Positions 24,427 through 34,815 of a stretch of DNA of 64,000 bases are shown piece by piece. The notes beneath the pieces are model-generated. The model saw nothing but the letters and a program-made list of their open reading frames with translations, was not told the origin of the DNA and searched no databases. Source of the DNA: Lepidodermella squamata (lineage: Eukaryota; Animalia; Gastrotricha); the NCBI GenBank assembly GCA_047495785.1, contig JBLDXI010000066.1, forward strand, positions 372,001 to 436,000. Direction: 5' to 3'. How positions within the stretch are numbered: position 1 is the first letter of the stretch; the number at the start of each line of letters is the position of its first letter. Made by a program: the position numbers and the translations under genes.

Positions 24427-25300
24427 ACTGAAATACTATGAAAAGGTCTTTAAATGCTATGGGGAAAATGCAATCGATAAAAACTGATTAAATTAAAAAT
24501 GACGAGTCTACGCTTGAAACACTGGAAAATTTCTGGTTATATTCATGATTATAATATGACCATACTATAACCAGGTAACCATGAAGTTAGGAATAAAGGT
24601 TTGGGCAATATAACTTCGGTATTATGCACATAACTAAATATTCAATACAAGCAATTGATGTATTGCGGTATTATTCCCTTCATAATATGTAGTGATCATT
24701 TCCTCTTTTGAGCGTTAATCTGTAAGCACATATAATAAATGATTTGTTGTCGCACTGGGTAATAGGACGATAGCACAACACGTGGCGCAAGAAATGAAAT
24801 ATACTAAGTAAACACGCTGTAGGCCTAGTGCTCATCATTACTAAATACAGATACATATTATTTCAGGTCTACTCTCATAGCGTGCTGCGTAGAAGCCTCT
24901 AGAAATGGCAATCCGAGAAAAAGGCGCACGTGGTAGACATGTCGGGGACAGGAATAGCTCATCGACAGTATCGTCTACATGCAGATAAATAATGTTTTCC
25001 AGGTCAATTCTCGGAGCACGTGGCGTGGAAGCCTCTAGAAATGGCGTAATCCAGGACAAGACGCACGTGGTCTACATGCATAGCCCATCGACAGCGTGGT
25101 CGACATGCCGAGGGCAAGCATATCTCATCGACAGCCTCAGTCGTTCATTTTGCGTTTTGAAAGGCATCGTCTTTTTGTTTAATTGCAATCGTCGCGTTGG
25201 CGCGCAACGAGCCACATTTTTATATATTTCTGTTTTGGAATATATTTTATGACTTACCCCTCTCATCTATTTGGTTTTTTTCCCTTAGATAATTGTTGAA

Positions 25301-26087
25301 ATGAGTGAAGAAATGCTCGATTCAAACACGTTGGCTTGCTTCGTTCGAAAAGCAACATCTTATCTAACCATACGGTACGTTTTAAAAAACACCACTAGAT
25401 TTATAATTTGTGAATGTCTCTTATTCAGCTTGAAATCAGAGTTATCACCTGGAGAAAAGAAGGAAATAACCGACATTTTGTGCATTGTTACGAATGAAAT
25501 TGGCAATGAAGCGAATTCCCCAGCAACAGCAACAAATAAAAAAGTAAGTATTACTGTTTCCTGCCATCACGATATGTAATTAATTTTTCATTTTTTCAAA
25601 GGATGTGGCACAAATCGATTTGCTACGATTTCTTCAATGCTGCGAACCGCAACAATCGATCCCTCCGACAGATTCCGCCGACACATTTCTGCCCGATGTC
25701 CTCACGGAAGATGCTTTGATATCTGATTTGAAAATTAAATTCGTCAATTTCTTGAATTTTCGCTCTAAAACATTGTATTCTGCTTACGAGCTTGGTTTCT
25801 CTTTGTTCGTGTATAAAACTAAATACTTTAAAAAAACCGGTAGAAAAGGCTTTGCAACTATTCTGGCCAAAACAGTTCTCCATCAGCGTAATGTCTCTAG
25901 TAAGTCCTGGATAAACAAATGCCTCCGCTTGTATAAACTTTTCAAAGATTTTTCGCATCTAATGTATTTGAATGTCGGTGTCGAAAAAATGTTGAGGTTG
26001 TCAATTGATATATTTACATTGCTCAAGTCAAATGATGATGCCAGACAATGGTACCAGTCGCTGTCTCGTTTTGCTTCTGAAATGTGA
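25301..26087 (+). CDS. Spliced Polinton accessory protein of unknown function
   Basis: Donor GTAAGT at 25544 and acceptor at 25601 join ORFs 25301 and 25605 in frame; possible extra in-frame intron 25375-25428; C-terminal AYELG...SKSWINKCLRLYKLF...W. Confidence 0.65.
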
Positions 26088-26643
26088 TCGTGTGATTGTT
26101 GTATTATGACTCATATTTCTATTTCATTATTGTCAAGAAGGGAGAATTCGCTGTACTAATCTGATATTCAAATTGCCGGCATTTGAATTTCGGCTTAGTC
26201 TTCGGATAATCTCTGTGACGTAATGAGTGGAAATATTTGTTAACTTTCAGCCTTTTCGGAATTCCTCTCTTTCTTTACATGCTTGAAATGACGTAAATAT
26301 CGTTTATTTCTCCTCAAAATTGTCTTGCTTCAGCGTTTTCTCATTCCATATTTCGACAGACATAAGCATGTAACGGGGTTTCATAGTTCAAACTGCCGGC
26401 GTTTGAAAAATGAAGCATTCGTCATGCATTTATGGTTGGCGAAATATGGAATGAGAAATCTGAAGTTGAGAAGGTGAAAAGCTTCTGTCGGGAATAATAC
26501 GGAGAATAAAAGTGAATACAATGAAAGTGCTTTTGCAAAGTAATAAAAGCAATGAGAGCTTCGATCGAGTCGTCATATAATGATCCTGAGCAAGCGTAGT
26601 TATAGTTACACCGCCGGCACACACCCATCGCTACTCCAGCTAG

Positions 26644-29600
26644 TTAAAGACCCGAGCCCTCCTTCTCTTTGGCCCGCGTTTGTGCACGTTTCGCAATAAC
26701 CGAGAGTGGTTCTTTCAAAGATGATTCATTTGCCGCTATTTTTGGAATCTTTTTGGGAAACAATCCTTCGCGAAGCAAGCATTCTAAAGAAGAATCGTGT
26801 GTGGAGTTATTTTTCAGCCAAGTTTCAAGTACCTCTCTGTCTTCTATGTCGGCTATAACATGCGCCTGAGGTAGATAGTCGGCTGGGCGTTGCCCCGATT
26901 GAAACCACAAGTTGTCTAATTCTTCGAGTTCGTGCCCAATTTTTTTGAAAGTTGCATCAAAATTTCGGCAAAATGAAGCGATGTCCGTACATTTTTCTTT
27001 ACTCAAATTATCGTATAAAATATTTTTCAATTTGATGCGTGAATATTTGCATGCACTCGATAAGGACTTCAACGTGTCCAATTTCTTACCAAGCTGATCC
27101 ACCCTAAATTGTTCATGCTCCTTGGCTATCCGGAAATGGCCGTGGGCGAATGACGTGAACCCGTCAGCTTTAACCCACCTTTTATCGTCATAAGGACAAA
27201 GGGCAACTTTGGTACTTTGAATGCTGTATAACTCGTGATTCACGGATCGAATTTGCCGAAATCGAACCCTTTCAATTTCACTGTTTAATAAGGAACTCTT
27301 ATAGTTTTGAAAATTAATTATATTTCCGATACAATGCTTAACAACTCCTTTGGCTTTTACTACTTGGTTGGGTGAGTTCCTTTCAACAGTAACAGCGCTG
27401 ACAACCTCCGTAGTAAACGCTAGCGATTTTGAACGATGGCCGACGAATTCAGTTATTTGTTCCAGAATATTTTCTGGCCTTTTCGCGCCATCTGCACCCG
27501 TTACTTCAATCACTCCGGTCGACACGTCCTTGAATTTCCCAATTACCTTGTTGTTTTCCATGGAATGCAGCCTATGGTTCAACGGGTACGCCGAGCAATC
27601 GAGATGTTCTTTCCAATTTTCCATGTCCGCGTATATATCGTCGGTTTCGATGTGGTAACAAAGCGAATCTGTGTCAAAGAATAATAATTTGGCCTTGTCT
27701 CCGTATTGGGCTTTAATTACTTTATAGTGAAAATCATACATCAAAAGCTTACTCAATTCTAAAATACACGCTCCGACAATTATGGGCTTATCGTAAAGTA
27801 TGGAGGTTCTAGCCATGTCTACTGAGTATAAGCTCTCACTAACCCTAGTCGCATTTTTAAAATTCGGTCTGTTAATCAGCTTTTGCAGCTCGCATGGGGT
27901 TGTCGCCAGCTTGATGTCAATCCGCTTTTTGACATTTTCACATGTCTTTCCAAAGATCGAATTGTTCATCAGCTTGTAAAAGTCCTTGTCAAAGTCCGTT
28001 TTCGCGTTCTTCCTCATCGATGTGTTCAAGTCGATATAGGGCTCCAACCATTTGGACTGTCTAAAGCGGAGAACTTTGTGGACTTTCGTCAAAATCAGGC
28101 CTGCCTCCAGAGCTTGCTTCAGATTTCTATAATGAACCACGTAGTTCGTCTTGTGGCATAAATTCTGAGTTAGCTTAGGTCCATTATCTGGATTAGGCAT
28201 CTTCAATTTGGCCATCATTGATTCCATGTAGGGGCTTGGAGCGCATTCCGTATGTTCTGGGAAAAATGGAAACGCGTCATGAGCGTCGTGAAGTCTACGC
28301 GGATACATTGCGTCGATTGAGAGCATGTATCCAAATTCAGCTTCATCGCTCAGGCGCAAAATGTAGTCTTGGGTGAAAACAGAGGCATCGACGAACACGA
28401 AGTCTCCGATCGGAAGCATTTGAGAAGCTGCCCAGCCATACAGGTTATTTGCGTCTAAGCATGTGATATAAGAGTGTGGCATTGACTTGTCATAATTTTT
28501 CATGTAAGGATTGTTAGCTTTCGCGTGCCTAAGAACTACGCCACTTATGCCCCCACGCACACTTTTTTCGACAAATTCTAACATTTCATTGTTATTCAAA
28601 ATACCTATAGAGGCTTTGGTGTACTTTTTTCCGGCGTCCCATGTTAGCCCTGGAGTGGTGAAAAAATGAGCAGGATCCAGCGAGTAACTCTTCATCGAAA
28701 TACTTCTGAAATTTTCGAAGCAATCTGCTAGGAGAAGGACATCAGTTTTCAAATATGCATCGTGATAATCCTTCATGGTTTTGCATTTTAATTTATCCCA
28801 CACGTTTTTAGCGTGATTGTATTCCTCGTCGGAGATCGGAACAGGCGCATCTTCTATTCTGCCGATGTCATCGGTCACCAAGCTGTTCGATTTTAACTTG
28901 CTCGAGAAATGTTCCTTAGCTGGCAACATAGTTTCTTGGAACCTCCTGGGGGAATTCATATAATCGTAAGGATAAACCCCTTTTTTCAACAGCAGACATC
29001 GCTGTTCATCTGTGAATTCAGAAAAGTTCGAATTCAAATGTTCAAATTTCCCCCCGGACTTCTTCAGATTCTCAACCATTTGGTCCAGGCCAGTGGACAT
29101 GAAATTAAAACTGTCGATGAATCGCAACCGGCCAACCGAGAAACCGATGAATTTTTCGGAACTCTGCGCAATAATGTTGATTTTCAGCGGCTTGAGATTT
29201 TTCTTCAACCTACCCTTGTTGAACTCTACAAGCACTTCCCCCAGAGATTTCAGAATCAAGTGACTGTCATACCCTTTCAAATTATGGAAAATCACAGGTA
29301 TTGCCGTTTTTTTGTAGCTGTACTCTAAATTACACGAATTATGAGCTGCACCACGGAATCTGCCTGTTAGATGATCATGGTCTCGAACTTTTTCGTCTTC
29401 GGAAACCGGGCAGCCGCAAATATGGCAAATTGACGCCGACCTGAAGGACCTTTCCTCGGTTTCGCTCAGATTCATTGGAACGTTTGTTGAAGTTAGAAAC
29501 TTGATTAGGTGCGTTGTCTTAGACAAAAGATACTCAAGGAAGCTGGCGCAGTTTTCAAATGATTGGTATCTCGAGGGAAGTGACGCGATGTCACTTTTGA

Positions 29601-31221
29601 AATAGCACCCGAACGAATTTGCCCGGTGGTGTTGATACGCAATCGAGTTAGTCCCGTGGTTTTTGTTAATGTCAACAAGAAAGCACTCGATGTCGCAATA
29701 AAAAGCAAAAGGCAAGCGAAGCTGTTTGTATACGTTATTAAATTTAATTGTATTGCTTTTTGGAAAATGCACTCGTATATTTTTTTCGAAACCTACGCAT
29801 TTGTTATCCAGAATGTGGTTTTGTCTCACTTCTTCTGAAGTGAAGCTGGTAAAACACTTGAAACACCAAAAACGCGCGTGTTCGTTCTTGTTAGTGGATG
29901 CAAACAACGCACTAGGGTTTTTGATCCAGCTATAGTGGGCCTTTTCGTTATCAGTTGTACGCAACAGGTTAATTTCCTCGTGATAACTCCGTTTGGATAT
30001 GTAAAAGGGGGAGAATGTTCGTTTTTCATCATCATATTCAATTATATTCAAATTTAAAACATTTGAATCCTCTAATTTATCGATATCTTCATATTTTATG
30101 GGAAAATCTATACCATTGTATTGCACACTATTCAAACACCACCTGTAATTGCTGACTCGGTCCACGTGATCTTTTGGCGGGTACCTACAGGCTAAAATAC
30201 TCCAAATAATGCATTTATCGTCAGAGTTTTTAACGTTGACTACAGCATGTTTCCGTTTGATGTAATCCGGCGTGGGAATGTAGCTCCCTCCGGCAGTCGG
30301 ATGATACCGGAAGGTGTTGACATCTGTGTCAACCATTTTATTAAATACGAACTGACTACCTCTCTCTTCAAAGTCTCGAATGCCGTCTGCAAGCATGGAA
30401 AAGAGGCCGTCGACAACGTCGGGAATGTCCGCCGCATTTGTGACTAAAGGTGCCGCGTTGCTTGAAGAGCTCCATTTAAAAATTGTGATGCACTTCCTCG
30501 TTATTTTGTGAATGAATTCCACCTCAGCATGAAGCACGACTTTAACTGGGCCGAGAGAATTCAATTGTCGTCGATATTCATCAATCACTTTCGGGCGTAT
30601 CACAGAGGTGTATTTCAAATAATCGAAGCCTTGCACTATTGGTAACAGCTTGAGCATTGACGTGACTTCTACGAAAGTGCCGAAGTCATCTGGTCGCAGT
30701 TGGCGGACGTAATCTGATTTTTCGAAACTATTCATTGAAGCAATGTAAATGTAACCCGCGCGGATCAGCCGGTTAAATGCCGCGCCTCCAATCTTTATTG
30801 GGCGATTTGTTGTGGGGTTAATGACTGATTCGGCCCTCCGAACGGGGATTTGGACGAATCCTCGCCCTTTTAAAACATAGTTATTTTTCTTTATTTCTTC
30901 GTATCTTTGACTACCGGTTAGGATTTCTGCACCATTTTCTGGGTCGAAAACGGTACCTATCGTATTATTATTGGCGTACTCCATCAGTTTCCTATTTTGT
31001 CTATCATGAAAATAACTACCAGTTTTCAGCATACGGCGTAACTTGGGTGAATCGACAGGAATTACGGATCCATCGGGAAGCTTTACTCCTTCTTTCAAGA
31101 CTTTTCGTCTTTTGTCATAGTAATAGTTTTGACTCAAAAACTTGGTGAACGCTGTTCCATTAACCATGATTTGCCTGTGGGGAGCCACGGGATGAGGGAT
31201 TTTCTGTTCTTTTCTAGGCAT
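26644..31221 (-). CDS. Protein-primed family B DNA polymerase (pPolB) with embedded endonuclease-VII-like zinc domain
   Basis: Exonuclease motifs YCDIEC, FHNLKGYDSH, YLKTDVLLL; polymerase motifs LDANNLYG, KLMNNSIFGKT, FDTDS; CHICG...VRDHDHLTGRFRGAAHNSCN. Confidence 0.97.
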   Translation of the reverse strand: MPRKEQKIPHPVAPHRQIMVNGTAFTKFLSQNYYYDKRRKVLKEGVKLPDGSVIPVDSPKLRRMLKTGSYFHDRQNRKLMEYANNNTIGTVFDPENGAEILTGSQRYEEIKKNNYVLKGRGFVQIPVRRAESVINPTTNRPIKIGGAAFNRLIRAGYIYIASMNSFEKSDYVRQLRPDDFGTFVEVTSMLKLLPIVQGFDYLKYTSVIRPKVIDEYRRQLNSLGPVKVVLHAEVEFIHKITRKCITIFKWSSSSNAAPLVTNAADIPDVVDGLFSMLADGIRDFEERGSQFVFNKMVDTDVNTFRYHPTAGGSYIPTPDYIKRKHAVVNVKNSDDKCIIWSILACRYPPKDHVDRVSNYRWCLNSVQYNGIDFPIKYEDIDKLEDSNVLNLNIIEYDDEKRTFSPFYISKRSYHEEINLLRTTDNEKAHYSWIKNPSALFASTNKNEHARFWCFKCFTSFTSEEVRQNHILDNKCVGFEKNIRVHFPKSNTIKFNNVYKQLRLPFAFYCDIECFLVDINKNHGTNSIAYQHHRANSFGCYFKSDIASLPSRYQSFENCASFLEYLLSKTTHLIKFLTSTNVPMNLSETEERSFRSASICHICGCPVSEDEKVRDHDHLTGRFRGAAHNSCNLEYSYKKTAIPVIFHNLKGYDSHLILKSLGEVLVEFNKGRLKKNLKPLKINIIAQSSEKFIGFSVGRLRFIDSFNFMSTGLDQMVENLKKSGGKFEHLNSNFSEFTDEQRCLLLKKGVYPYDYMNSPRRFQETMLPAKEHFSSKLKSNSLVTDDIGRIEDAPVPISDEEYNHAKNVWDKLKCKTMKDYHDAYLKTDVLLLADCFENFRSISMKSYSLDPAHFFTTPGLTWDAGKKYTKASIGILNNNEMLEFVEKSVRGGISGVVLRHAKANNPYMKNYDKSMPHSYITCLDANNLYGWAASQMLPIGDFVFVDASVFTQDYILRLSDEAEFGYMLSIDAMYPRRLHDAHDAFPFFPEHTECAPSPYMESMMAKLKMPNPDNGPKLTQNLCHKTNYVVHYRNLKQALEAGLILTKVHKVLRFRQSKWLEPYIDLNTSMRKNAKTDFDKDFYKLMNNSIFGKTCENVKKRIDIKLATTPCELQKLINRPNFKNATRVSESLYSVDMARTSILYDKPIIVGACILELSKLLMYDFHYKVIKAQYGDKAKLLFFDTDSLCYHIETDDIYADMENWKEHLDCSAYPLNHRLHSMENNKVIGKFKDVSTGVIEVTGADGAKRPENILEQITEFVGHRSKSLAFTTEVVSAVTVERNSPNQVVKAKGVVKHCIGNIINFQNYKSSLLNSEIERVRFRQIRSVNHELYSIQSTKVALCPYDDKRWVKADGFTSFAHGHFRIAKEHEQFRVDQLGKKLDTLKSLSSACKYSRIKLKNILYDNLSKEKCTDIASFCRNFDATFKKIGHELEELDNLWFQSGQRPADYLPQAHVIADIEDREVLETWLKNNSTHDSSLECLLREGLFPKKIPKIAANESSLKEPLSVIAKRAQTRAKEKEGSGL

Positions 31222-31482
31222 TGTGGAATTTACGAGGGAAAATCGAGGATTTATATATCTATATATATTGTGAGGAGATTATTTTTTTAAGCCTTTTCAA
31301 CGCGCCAGTTAAGATTATGGATAGCTGTTATGGATCAGAGAGTTAAATTTTCATTTTTCTCAGGGGAATTTAAGCTCGGCAGGTGGCAATTTTCAACAGA
31401 CCCCACAGTCAGTCGAGAATGATGAAACAATACTTAAAAAAATATTTTCTTATATATTTATATAAATAATAATATAAATCCT

Positions 31483-31728
31483 ATGTCTGTCGGAATTCAT
31501 AAAGTTAATGACATGCCTCAGCCAGCAGAACAGAGTCAGAAGACCCAACTCATCACAAGTGGATGTGCCAGTTATCCAAGATGGATAAAATATAGAACAG
31601 ATGAAGAAAGAAAAGAAGGATATAAGTCAGCTTTGAAAACTGCGCAAAAGAAATATTATGAGAAGCGAAAAGCAATGGTAGAGGAGTATAAACAAATCAA
31701 AGCAATTATTTCCAACAACAAGGTTTAG
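31483..31728 (+). CDS. Small basic protein, divergent from pPolB
   Basis: 81 aa with KYRTDEERKE...AQKKYYEKRK helix; AT-rich upstream region mirrors that of pPolB. Confidence 0.65.
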   Translation: MSVGIHKVNDMPQPAEQSQKTQLITSGCASYPRWIKYRTDEERKEGYKSALKTAQKKYYEKRKAMVEEYKQIKAIISNNKV

Positions 31729-31888
31729 CAGCTTTGATTCTTCAGAATATTTTCCGTGAAATGCTATCCGCAAAGTCTGGTGAATAATTTTCTACATATA
31801 AAGTAGGAATTTACGAGGGATTTTAGCCTTACCATCAGGGCATATGAAATGTGACGGTTCCATATGCCTTGCATGCCAATTTAAATCA

Positions 31889-33493
31889 TTAATCAATAAC
31901 ATTTTCTGCATTTTCCCATGTGGGTTTGTCATAACCCGACCATTTTATTAAAACCAACTCTTTTCCTTTAACTTTCTTCCTATCCAAAATTTTCTCAACT
32001 CTATACACGTCATCTACCTGCTGTTTCGATTTTTGCATTTCTTGCTCGTAAAAACTACCGAAAACAGGCTCGCCGTCCATTGCCTCTATCTGGTATGTTC
32101 TCGGATATGTGTCATTTATTTTTACAACTCGCAATAGTTCTTCGCTCCATGAAGGGTGATACCCTTTTTCGAATGCGCCTTTTACGCGGCTTATCCTAAT
32201 CACGTCACCCAGCGCAAATTTCGGCTTTTCCAATTTTTCTTTTCGTTCCGGGGGATTCAGCCTAGAATGGACTTTGTTGTGGTTTTTGGGATCGCTGGCC
32301 TCGATGGGAGTCATTCCTATCGACCGATGCAGAGAATTATTATAATCACTGACCAAGCTATCGAGCATGCCAACCCAGTTACGGGTGTTGTCCAGTGTGA
32401 ACCTTTTCCACATCTTGGTTTTCAAAGTTCGGTTGAATCTTTCTATTATGGGATTGTGAAAATTCTCATAAGTCGAATACCTGTTAACATTATTAGCTTT
32501 TAGCCATTTCGTGAACACAGCATTGTAAAATTCACTGCCTTGATCTACCCAAATATTTTTGGGCTTCCTGTTGCTTTCTCGGACCACAGACAAAAATGCA
32601 TCAAAAACATTTTTCGCATCCTTGCTCTTAAGTGCGACAGCCCACGCATATTTGGAAAAGCAATCTATAATCGTGAGTAAATACTTATGCTGATTATTTT
32701 CTTCGGATAAATCGCTCAGAAACACGATATCCATGCCCCAGGTTTCGTCGATATCGTGAATATACACTCGCCTGCGAGGAAAATGCTTCCGGGCCGGTTT
32801 ATGAAGTTCCTCGGAGAGAACGTGGAATTTGACTTTGCTCAAGCTTTGATCTGCATCCGTCTCTTTTTTCGACGCTGGGACTGCTTGCGTTGTTTTGGCA
32901 CTGCTTTCTGCTTTTTTCCTTGATCGTTTTGGTTGCGGAACCTCGCCGATATATTTTGTTCCAGTATAATCCACAGGTTTCCTTTGCCGTAATTCGTATC
33001 CTTCTCCGCGGCACTCGCGTTCTTGAGGCGGAAGCTCATGGCCCGTCAGCCCTTGACCTTGACCGCCATGGAACTCGCCTTCCCGACTGGAAAGCTCGTA
33101 TCCTGTAGGCACTCGGCCTCCATGGAATCTATCGGCTAAGCCTCCTTCGTGAAAGGTTTTGAAAACGAAGGCAGCCATGGCTCTCTCGTATCCGTTTTTA
33201 GAATCGTCGTTGGCTATCTTGAAAGCTTCTTCGGCTAGAAGTCTGTCTGCTCTTGTCCGCATTTCACGATCTTTAAATTTCCAATAGTAATAGTCATGAT
33301 TTTTAGCTGCTTTGTCCAAATCATTGATTCCTTCATATCCTTCCTTCATGCGCTGGACGAAATTTGTACCTGGTCCAGCGTAACTGTATTTCTGCGTGTT
33401 GTTGAATGATCCGTTGGGACGATGCTCGCCTTTGAACGGGTAAGAGGGAAGATGCAATTCTACCGGCAAGTTATTGATAATTCCGTCGAACAT
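31889..33493 (-). CDS. Parvovirus-VP1-type phospholipase A2 fused to retroviral-like (rve) integrase and chromodomain
   Basis: YSYAGPGT...NDLDKAAKNHDYYY (PLA2 Ca-loop and HD); DDE triad WGMD / WVDQGSEF / IERFNRTLK; C-terminal YRVEKILD...LIKWSGYDKPTWE chromodomain. Confidence 0.95.
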   Translation of the reverse strand: MFDGIINNLPVELHLPSYPFKGEHRPNGSFNNTQKYSYAGPGTNFVQRMKEGYEGINDLDKAAKNHDYYYWKFKDREMRTRADRLLAEEAFKIANDDSKNGYERAMAAFVFKTFHEGGLADRFHGGRVPTGYELSSREGEFHGGQGQGLTGHELPPQERECRGEGYELRQRKPVDYTGTKYIGEVPQPKRSRKKAESSAKTTQAVPASKKETDADQSLSKVKFHVLSEELHKPARKHFPRRRVYIHDIDETWGMDIVFLSDLSEENNQHKYLLTIIDCFSKYAWAVALKSKDAKNVFDAFLSVVRESNRKPKNIWVDQGSEFYNAVFTKWLKANNVNRYSTYENFHNPIIERFNRTLKTKMWKRFTLDNTRNWVGMLDSLVSDYNNSLHRSIGMTPIEASDPKNHNKVHSRLNPPERKEKLEKPKFALGDVIRISRVKGAFEKGYHPSWSEELLRVVKINDTYPRTYQIEAMDGEPVFGSFYEQEMQKSKQQVDDVYRVEKILDRKKVKGKELVLIKWSGYDKPTWENAENVID

Positions 33494-33539
33494 TTCACAA
33501 TGCTTATAACAGCATTAGAAATTTCTAACCTGAATTAAA

Positions 33540-34262
33540 ATGATCAATTTTGATGAAATAATTCCAAAGAGCGAGTCTAAGCCACTCAATATTTCCCCTT
33601 TTTACCCGCAGCATTGTTTCCGAACAATTATTATCGGTCCAAGTAATAGCGGGAAAACTAATGATTTGCTCAATATCATCCATCATTCTGTTTTTCATAA
33701 GCTGCACATTTACTCTAAAACCTTGGATGAAGACAAATACCAGTTTTTGATAAATTTGCAGAAAGCTAAAGAAGCCGAGTTGAAAATGAAAGGGGTAAAC
33801 GAGTCACTTATCCACTTTTCCACTGATATAGCGGATGTCGTGCCCCTTGATAAGCTTGACAAGAAGTATCAGCACTTGTATGTCTTTGATGACATTTGTT
33901 TGGAAAATGCTAAAAACCAAGAGAAATACATCGGCGATCTCTACATCAGGTCGCGAAAGTACAATTGCTCCGTGGTTTATTTGAGTCAGTCATATTTCAA
34001 AATTCCGAAAATAATTCGCGACAATGCGCAGTTCATTGTTTTGAAAAAGCTGAATGATGGACGCGAACTGCAAACAATTCACAGAATTTATGCTGCAGAA
34101 ATAGAAAAGCCTGGGTTCCTGAAAAAGTATGAATTGAGCGTTTCGTCCAATAATAATCACGGTTCTTTTATAATAGACAGCGTGATAAAACATAAATCGC
34201 TGAAGCTTAGAGCAAATTATACGGGAATTTTTGTCAGCGAATCTGATTCAGCTGGGGCCTGA
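33540..34262 (+). CDS. A32/FtsK-like DNA packaging ATPase
   Basis: Walker A GPSNSGKT, Walker B YVFDD, RSRKYNCSVVYLSQSYFKIPKIIRDN. Confidence 0.95.
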   Translation: MINFDEIIPKSESKPLNISPFYPQHCFRTIIIGPSNSGKTNDLLNIIHHSVFHKLHIYSKTLDEDKYQFLINLQKAKEAELKMKGVNESLIHFSTDIADVVPLDKLDKKYQHLYVFDDICLENAKNQEKYIGDLYIRSRKYNCSVVYLSQSYFKIPKIIRDNAQFIVLKKLNDGRELQTIHRIYAAEIEKPGFLKKYELSVSSNNNHGSFIIDSVIKHKSLKLRANYTGIFVSESDSAGA

Positions 34263-34815
34263 GCGCGCCCCTCGTAAATTCCCGAACTCTCTCAATATTT
34301 TTGAGGCCGGATTAATTAACTTACGTCGGAAATCGCAATATTCGCTGTTTTAAGCTGGGTTAAACTAGAAAGTTTACCGTTAAAATAAGCCTAAACGCAT
34401 TATTTTCCATGGCCTGATACTCAGTGTTCTGCGTACCGGGCCGTAGGACCGCTAGCCGGCGGTCGAACACCGCCCGAGTACCGGTCCGTAGGACCGCTAG
34501 TAGCGAGCTAAGGGCTCGCGTAATACCGGCCCTCCGACCAGTTAGCAGCGAGCCAAGTGGCGTAATACTGCCTCGTGTCTTGAATCCTCCAACCCTAAAC
34601 TCATTCGGTAATATTCCGATGGCCAGATTTTATAATTTACACAGGAAATCGCAATATTTGCTGGTTTAAGCTGGGTTAAACTAGAATGTTTTCCGTTTAA
34701 ATGAGTCGAAACGGAATTTTTCCCATGGCCTGATACTCTATCTTGAATTCTTCAACACTGAACGCATTCGGTTAATTCGGTAAAATCTGATCGAGAAAAT
34801 CTAGTGGTAAACCAA

